Source: Eledone cirrhosa (taxonomy: Eukaryota). Taken from it: a stretch of DNA of 64,000 bases. The DNA lies in NCBI GenBank assembly GCA_964016885.1, contig OZ024746.1:27590001-27654000 (forward strand). The letters are read 5' to 3'. The translations under genes and the position numbers were made by a program. The notes beneath the pieces were generated by a model. The model saw only the letters and a program-made list of their open reading frames with translations. It ran no database searches and was not told the DNA's origin. This document shows, in pieces, positions 57,830-64,000 of the stretch (position 1 is its first letter; each line of letters opens with the position of its first letter).

Positions 57830-60800
57830 TTTCTCTTTCTCTTAATTTTGAGTATATTTTTTTGACCGGCCACCTTCCTGGTGGCAAGGTTGTAAAAGAA
57901 AAGAAATTGTCATCCCTTGAATCGCAAGAATGTTTTGCAAATTTTGAAGGTGCCAGCTATCGCAGCCATTTGTAGACTATGAATTAGGGAGCTGCGCTTT
58001 TTGTCCGCAAATCCAAGTTCAGTCATACTTTGGTCCAAGCGGGTTGGTATATAACCCGTAGCACCAATAATGATGGGTATGAAGCTAAAGGTGTATCTTG
58101 GATACTGGATTTGTAAACTCCTCATCAATGGTCCGTAGATGTCCTCCTTCTCCTGTATTTTTCTGACAACGTTTACATCAAGTGGGCAGCTGATCTCCAC
58201 AACAGAACACGTTTTCAATGTGTGGTGCCAAACTACAATATCAGGCCGGTTGTGCTTTAATCTGGTGGCAGTTTTTATTTTCAGGTTCCACCAGTATTCC
58301 TTAGTGCCATCTGTCTCAATATATTCTTCCTCGTTTGTTGTTAATTTTGTTTTCCGAAGTGCGTTCCAGATGGTTCTAGCTATCCCATCGTGTCTCATGG
58401 GGAGGTAGTAGCGAGATGACATTCTTTCGCAGCTGGCAACAATGTGGCTTACATCCTCGATCTTTGTTTTACATAGCCTACATTTATTGTCAGCTGCTGG
58501 CCCTCCTCTTTTGTGCAGCAGATATTTGGTAGGGAGTTCTTGTTCCTGTATTGCATAGAGATATCCCTCAAGGTGTGATGTCATAAACTTGTCGGAACTC
58601 CATGCCAGGCTTTTTGAGTGGTTTATCCCCTCTATGGTCTGTGTTTTACGCCTCAAGTATCCATGCACAACTTTTTCTGTAAATTGGTCAATTTTTTTTT
58701 CTTGTTTGAACATTGAATAGGATCTTCCGATTTCTCTGGGTGAGAGATTTATATCGGGCTTTATTCCATATCTCTCCTCCAGATCAGTCGCTATTCTAAT
58801 GATATTTCTTTTTTCATGGTCATAAACCTGGGCAAGATGGTTGCCAACCTTTTTCCTCTGTTGAAGGTGTTGCTTCAGTGTCACTATCCGGGTCTCATAT
58901 GTTGTTAATATTGATTTTAGACCCCGGCCACCTTCCTTGCGTGAGAAGTATAGCCTATCCACATCACCATTGATGTTAAAGTTCCCAGTAACACTGAGAA
59001 GTTTTCGAGTTCTAACATCCATCTCACTTAGTTCTTGCAATGACCAGTTCAGTAGGCCAAATGTTGGCGTTAGAATTGGCACAGCATAAGTATTGTGGGC
59101 AATGTATTTGTTGTAAGCTGACAGTTCTGATGACCATATTTTCTTTACTCTTCTGAGGTATTCAGTTCTGGTTTTCTCCTTATTTATGGGTCCATCATAT
59201 CTGACATTCTCATCCTGTCCAAGATATCTGTAGTTGTCACCTGACTGCAGAGGTTGTATTGTCAGGCCGTTCATCTCTATATTTCTAGAGGAGGGCACAG
59301 CTCTTCCACGTTTTACTGCCAAATATGCACACTTGGACTCACCAAATTTCATTTTGATGTCGGTTGAAAATTGTGTAATGAGGTCCAATTGTTTCTTGAT
59401 GTCATTGATATTTGGCCCATACAACTTCAGGTCATCAACAAAGAAAAGATGGGAGATACTTCTGGTCCCACTTCTTTGTCGACCTTGTTTCCTGAGTAGG
59501 TAAGATAGTGGATTCAGTGAGAGAACGAAGAGTAGCACCGACAAGCTATCACCCTGAAAGATGCCCTTCTGGTAATGTATCTTATCAGTCCTAACCTGCT
59601 CCTTCTCACCTCTAAGGATCAAACTGGTGTACCAGTTCTTGGTCAGGCGTTCAACAGCAGCTACCAATGGTTGTGGGACTTTAGCTAACTGTAAAGCCTT
59701 AACAATCCACCCATGAGGTACACTATCAAATGCTTTTTGATAGTCCAGCCACACGACAGTCATGTTTCTGCGATTCTTTGTTGTTTTTTCCTGAATCATT
59801 TTGTTAGTTAGTAGGTGATCTATGCAACCCCACACCTCCCTCTTTCCACCAGCTTGCTCAGGTGTTATGATGTTGTTGGTAGCACAGTGATCCTGTAAGA
59901 ACAGGTTAAGGCACCCAGTATATAATTTATACATGATGTTTTGGCAGGCAATTGGGCGGTAATTTTTAGCAAGGGTGGTTTGGCTATTTTTGGGAATGAG
60001 GAGAGTAGAGGCAGTTGATAACCATCTGGGCAGTTCTTGTGTGCCCTTAATGGTTTCTGTAAACAGCCGTATGAGATCTTGCCGATAGAAAGTGAAATTC
60101 TTCAACCAGTATCCTGTAATGAGGTCTGGGCCTGGCGATTTCCTATTCGACATTTTCTGTAGAGCTGTTTCCAGTATTGACCCATCTATGTCATATTGTT
60201 TTGTCTGGACATGTTGGCAGTAGTCCTGTTCCAGTTCTTTTAGCCAATTAGCTTGTCTGTTGAATCCGTCATCCGTTTCCCATACAGATCTCCAGTAGCT
60301 CTCAACCTGTTCTTTTGAAGGGGTGTCATTTACAGAGATTGAGCTTTTGCCACCGAAGCTGCGATAAACTGATTTAGGATCTCTGGCAAACAATCTATTT
60401 AGCACTTGTCGTTTATGTGCTGTTGACTTATATTTTAGTCTTTCTGTTGTAGCTGTGAGTTGTTGTTTCAACTGGTGTAATTTGGAGTTCAAAGTTTTAA
60501 ATTTTGTATCTCCAAATCTTCTCTCTAACTTTTTCTTTAGGTCTTCCTGGTGTTGTGTGAAGTTGCTCTCTATGTTGCATTTCATAACGACTGCGATGTG
60601 TGAGATACTTCGTCTCAGGGACAAAATTTTGGTTTTTAAATTTCGCATCCACGCTGGTTCAGGCTTTCTGTTTGTATCTTGATTGCGTGGTTTTAGATGT
60701 GTGTTATATGCTAGCAATGTGACAGCTGAAACATATAACAAAACATTAAGCGTTTCAAATGTCGTTTCTACACCTTTAGATCGTATAGCCTTCAGATAAT

Positions 60801-61707
60801 TGCCAGCTATTTCGTTCACCGCTTCCAATTCCAATTTAGTGGGTTCTTTACTGACTCTAGTGTTGTATGGTCTGTCACTCACATTAAGGCTGTGTATCTC
60901 TTGAAACATATCATTCCATATCACTTGTAGGGAGCCCACAAGTTTTTGGTGCTCTGTTTGTTCAGTAGAGTCATGAATTTCAGCCTCGTTGTTGATGTGG
61001 TGACAATTACTACTAGAGTCAGCTGACCTTTCTCGCTGTTCTTCAGTGGAAGTGGGATGAATTTCAGCAAAATTGTTGGTGAGCTGTTCACTGTTAGATT
61101 TAGCCGGCCATTCTCTTTGTCTGTCAGTGGAGGTGGGGTGGTTGTCTACAAGGGCTGTATTTGTAGTATCACTCGATTCCGTTAGATGTATCAATTTACA
61201 TCTAATGATACGTTTTGCCTGTTCATTTAAATGCTTTGGAGAAAAGTCTAATTCTGGGTGTTTGGAGTTCCATAAAGTTTTTAGCCTTTGCATAAAACCG
61301 AACTTTTGGGGTTCAGATTGTTTGTATGCTTCATATAATACTTTGTTAAACTCGTAGGTCCACTGTGTACAACGGTTGTAATTGCGATTTGGTCGAAGGA
61401 GACTTGTACTTTTTGCCATGATGAGTTCGTCTATTCACTAATATTTCGTATTTATTTTTCAAAATAGTCGATGATCTTCTTTAAAAGTTACGACAAAGTT
61501 CTGTCAGAATCAAATTTAAAGTTATTCACAGCTTGAGTAATATTTCTTTTCAGTTAGTTTTTAATTCTACAACTGTGTTTTATATAAATGTAATATTTCT
61601 TTATAAATGTAATATAACAACGTTGCATTTATATGTTAAAGTGTATGTATCGTTCATATATCATAAGTGTATGTATCGTTCATATATCATAAGTGTATGT
61701 ATCGTTC

Positions 61708-61710
<3 letters not shown>
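57830..61710 (-). mobile_element. Apparently full-length R4/Dong-clade non-LTR retrotransposon inserted in (TATG)n
   Basis: Single ORF, short 3' UTR with hairpin gccacc-ttcct-ggtggc, and (TATG)n at 57778-57829 and 61711-61759 in the same orientation. The 5' boundary is approximate. Confidence 0.85.
57910..61419 (-). CDS. Reverse transcriptase + CCHC + restriction-like endonuclease polyprotein (R4/Dong clade), 1169 aa
   Basis: SPGPD, NYRPIAC, DYQKAFDSVPH, GIFQGDSLS, FVDDLKLY, CRLC..HIVASC, RHD and RPDIV..EIS..K..Y motifs, uninterrupted. Confidence 0.95.
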   Translation of the reverse strand: MAKSTSLLRPNRNYNRCTQWTYEFNKVLYEAYKQSEPQKFGFMQRLKTLWNSKHPELDFSPKHLNEQAKRIIRCKLIHLTESSDTTNTALVDNHPTSTDRQREWPAKSNSEQLTNNFAEIHPTSTEEQRERSADSSSNCHHINNEAEIHDSTEQTEHQKLVGSLQVIWNDMFQEIHSLNVSDRPYNTRVSKEPTKLELEAVNEIAGNYLKAIRSKGVETTFETLNVLLYVSAVTLLAYNTHLKPRNQDTNRKPEPAWMRNLKTKILSLRRSISHIAVVMKCNIESNFTQHQEDLKKKLERRFGDTKFKTLNSKLHQLKQQLTATTERLKYKSTAHKRQVLNRLFARDPKSVYRSFGGKSSISVNDTPSKEQVESYWRSVWETDDGFNRQANWLKELEQDYCQHVQTKQYDIDGSILETALQKMSNRKSPGPDLITGYWLKNFTFYRQDLIRLFTETIKGTQELPRWLSTASTLLIPKNSQTTLAKNYRPIACQNIMYKLYTGCLNLFLQDHCATNNIITPEQAGGKREVWGCIDHLLTNKMIQEKTTKNRRNMTVVWLDYQKAFDSVPHGWIVKALQLAKVPQPLVAAVERLTKNWYTSLILRGEKEQVRTDKIHYQKGIFQGDSLSVLLFVLSLNPLSYLLRKQGRQRSGTRSISHLFFVDDLKLYGPNINDIKKQLDLITQFSTDIKMKFGESKCAYLAVKRGRAVPSSRNIEMNGLTIQPLQSGDNYRYLGQDENVRYDGPINKEKTRTEYLRRVKKIWSSELSAYNKYIAHNTYAVPILTPTFGLLNWSLQELSEMDVRTRKLLSVTGNFNINGDVDRLYFSRKEGGRGLKSILTTYETRIVTLKQHLQQRKKVGNHLAQVYDHEKRNIIRIATDLEERYGIKPDINLSPREIGRSYSMFKQEKKIDQFTEKVVHGYLRRKTQTIEGINHSKSLAWSSDKFMTSHLEGYLYAIQEQELPTKYLLHKRGGPAADNKCRLCKTKIEDVSHIVASCERMSSRYYLPMRHDGIARTIWNALRKTKLTTNEEEYIETDGTKEYWWNLKIKTATRLKHNRPDIVVWHHTLKTCSVVEISCPLDVNVVRKIQEKEDIYGPLMRSLQIQYPRYTFSFIPIIIGATGYIPTRLDQSMTELGFADKKRSSLIHSLQMAAIAGTFKICKTFLRFKG

Positions 61711-61740
<30 letters not shown>

Positions 61741-61757
61741 TGTATGTATGTATGTAT

Positions 61758-62142
61758 GTGAAGCTTTTATAGTGAGCAAAGGCACGGCACAAAGCCAGTC
61801 CTGCTCTCTTAACCAAGATGATATTTTACCAAAAAGAAGAACAAGTCAACATCATTGGATACCATCAGGGTTGCAAGTGTCATATCAGGCATTGCTTTAT
61901 ATCTGGAGATCTCTTTGCACTTGTCGTCACATGGTACCATGGGCCCAGCACTATGTGTCAATAATTGTCACAAGTGTAGTGTTTGTACCAGAGTTTTCAA
62001 GTCGCTGACTGAAATAAAAAAGTCACACTCGTTCAGCGCACCGGTAGGGGTTCTCCTACATGGATATACAGTAGTGGCCGTACTCGAAAACGAGTTTTCA
62101 GCCACCATGTATGTATGTATGTATGTATGTATGTATGTATGT
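61758..62142 (+). mobile_element. RTE-derived non-autonomous copy with 5' inversion and (ATGT)n tail
   Basis: 61886-62107 is the sense 3' end (reverse complement of 20281-20501). 61758-61888 is the adjacent upstream segment inverted (same strand as 20506-20635). Confidence 0.85.
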
Positions 62143-62170
62143 GAACATAATCTTGTATCAGTAATGACGG

Positions 62171-62269
<99 letters not shown>

Positions 62270-62302
62270 TATATATATATATATATAGTTAAAGAAAGAA
62301 GT

Positions 62303-62688
62303 GTAACATGGTTGGCTGTACAATACGGGGTTTATTCAAAGTGCTGACAATTGTTTCGTTGATCTGGTACGTCTAGAGTTCGCTAATCACTTGATGCAGC
62401 ATCAATCAATCTCCAATACGTTGTTTACAACCAGTAAAGCCCTTATTGTACAGCCAACCATGTTACTCTTATCTCTTGAATTATTATTACTCCAAGTACA
62501 ACCTGCATAGAAATTAACGCGAACTCGCTGCATCACTATGGAAAGGTCTTGTTGAGTCAAACTAAGCCGCACGTTAAAACCATCTAGTTAGAGTACTCCG
62601 TGTTGTGGATGGTTTTAACGTACGGCTTAGTTTGACTCAACAAGACGTTTTCATAGTGATGCAGCGAGTTCGCGTTAATTTCTATGCA
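62303..62688. repeat. Two adjacent inverted repeats in (TA)n (62303-62466; 62504-62688)
   Basis: Arms of ~30 bp and ~82 bp. Minus strand has GAAACAAUUGUC at 62350-62361. Confidence 0.75.
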
Positions 62689-62694
62689 TAATTC

Positions 62695-62729
<35 letters not shown>

Positions 62730-62874
62730 AAGTGAGTAGCGTGTGTGTGTTTGTTTGTATGTATGAGTGTTGGTGTGTACGCGCGTATGTATGTGTGTGT
62801 GTGTGTGCGTGTGTGTATGTCGTACGTATGAGTGTCAATAAGTGAGTTTTTTTTATGCGCGGGGACATAGAAAT

Positions 62875-64000
62875 AGTCGGGCTGGATACCCGATCGCGCA
62901 GTTAAACCACTGGGAGTGAAGAACCCCTAGCCCTTGTCAGGGCATTCTTGTAGGAGAAGGCATCTCAGGAAACTGGGTTAACTCTGACATAAAACCTGCG
63001 GCTCAGTAGTTACCGTTGATGTTGATCTTTTCTTCTTTTCGCACACAGGGAGTGATATGCAGCACATTTTGAATGCATTTTCTGATGCTTGCACTGCCCT
63101 AGGGTTGATTGTCAGTCTTAAGAAAATCGTCGTCATGTACCAACCTGCCCCTTGTAAGCAGTACAGTGAACCAAATATCTATGTGTATGGTAAACGACTT
63201 GGAGTGGTTGATCAGTTTGTCTACCTGGGAAGCACTGTCAATCGATACAGCAACCTTGATAATGAAATCCCACTCAGAATTAGGAAAGTAAGTGAAGCTT
63301 TCGGAAAGCTAGAAAGGCGACTCTGGGGTCGGCGTGGCATATGCAAGAAGACAAAGGTAAAGGTGTATAAGGCATGTGTGCTGTCTTCTCTTCTTTTTGC
63401 CTGCGAGATCTGGATCACATATCGACACCACCTTAAGCAATTGGAGCGTTTCCATCAGATGTGTCTCAGACGGATCCATGGCGTTCACTGGAGGGACCAC
63501 ATCAGTGATGTCGAGATTTTGGATAGATCTCTGTGTGACAGTATAGAAGCTCTTGTGCTTAAGCAAAGACTCCAAGACTCCGTTGGAGTGGTCACCTTTC
63601 CAGGATGAAGGATTCTAGAATACCAAAACAACTCTTTTATGGAGAGTTAGTTAAAGGTAAACAACCTCCACATAAATAAAAAAAGAGGTATAAGGATTCC
63701 TTAAAAGCCTCTTAGAAAGACGCTAACATCTCTGCTGATACATGGGAAAATGTTGCTGCTGATCGTAATAAATGGAGAAAGACTGTATATGAGGGGAAAA
63801 TTGCCTTTGAGGCATCTCGAATCGTATACGAGAAACTAAAGCGGGATGTGAGGAAGGGCATTGCTGTTGCATTTCCAGGCGGCGAAGGTCCTCCCATGGC
63901 GCTGACATGCAGCGTCTGTGCGAGACTCTGACTAAGCGAAGCTGGACTCGAAAGTCATCTTCGCAGTCATAAAGTGAGACCAGTGGTTGACTACCAGGCT
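62875..64000 (+). mobile_element. Internally deleted RTE-clade LINE (5' UTR fused to post-YADD RT, C-terminus and zinc finger), degenerate
   Basis: ORF 63057-63608 (FVYLGS, RIRKVSEAFGKL, TKVKVYKACV, LERFHQMCLRRI), then frameshift/stops and CSVC...HLRSH. Runs off the window. Confidence 0.9.

Noticed and set aside
58139-61357. Short plus-strand ORFs inside the Dong element
   Set aside because: Antisense shadows of the long ORF.

Overview
AT-rich, microsatellite-saturated eukaryotic DNA. The SINE and LINE content looks like an octopod cephalopod (inference). No host gene can be called with confidence, and nearly all ORF-track entries are translations of (TA)n/(CA)n/(GA)n. The one long real ORF is an intact 1169-aa R4/Dong-clade non-LTR retrotransposon (RT + CCHC + restriction-like endonuclease, 57910-61419, minus strand) sitting in a (TATG)n tract. 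The most striking structure is a dense set of short fold-back (inverted-repeat) insertions in (TA)n tracts. Several carry hammerhead-ribozyme (HHR) motifs. Two (TA)n insertions keep GIY-YIG endonuclease remnants, which identifies those families as Penelope-like elements (PLEs). In one family the fold-back point repeatedly falls in the HHR stem II, which deletes the CUGANGA half and suggests ribozyme-hairpin-guided snap-back priming. Also present are RTE derivatives (one twin-primed, one apparently spliced), Tx1/L1 and Expander fragments, a non-autonomous Helitron, many tRNA-derived SINEs and a weak candidate micro-exon secreted-protein gene. All alignments and folds were done by eye.
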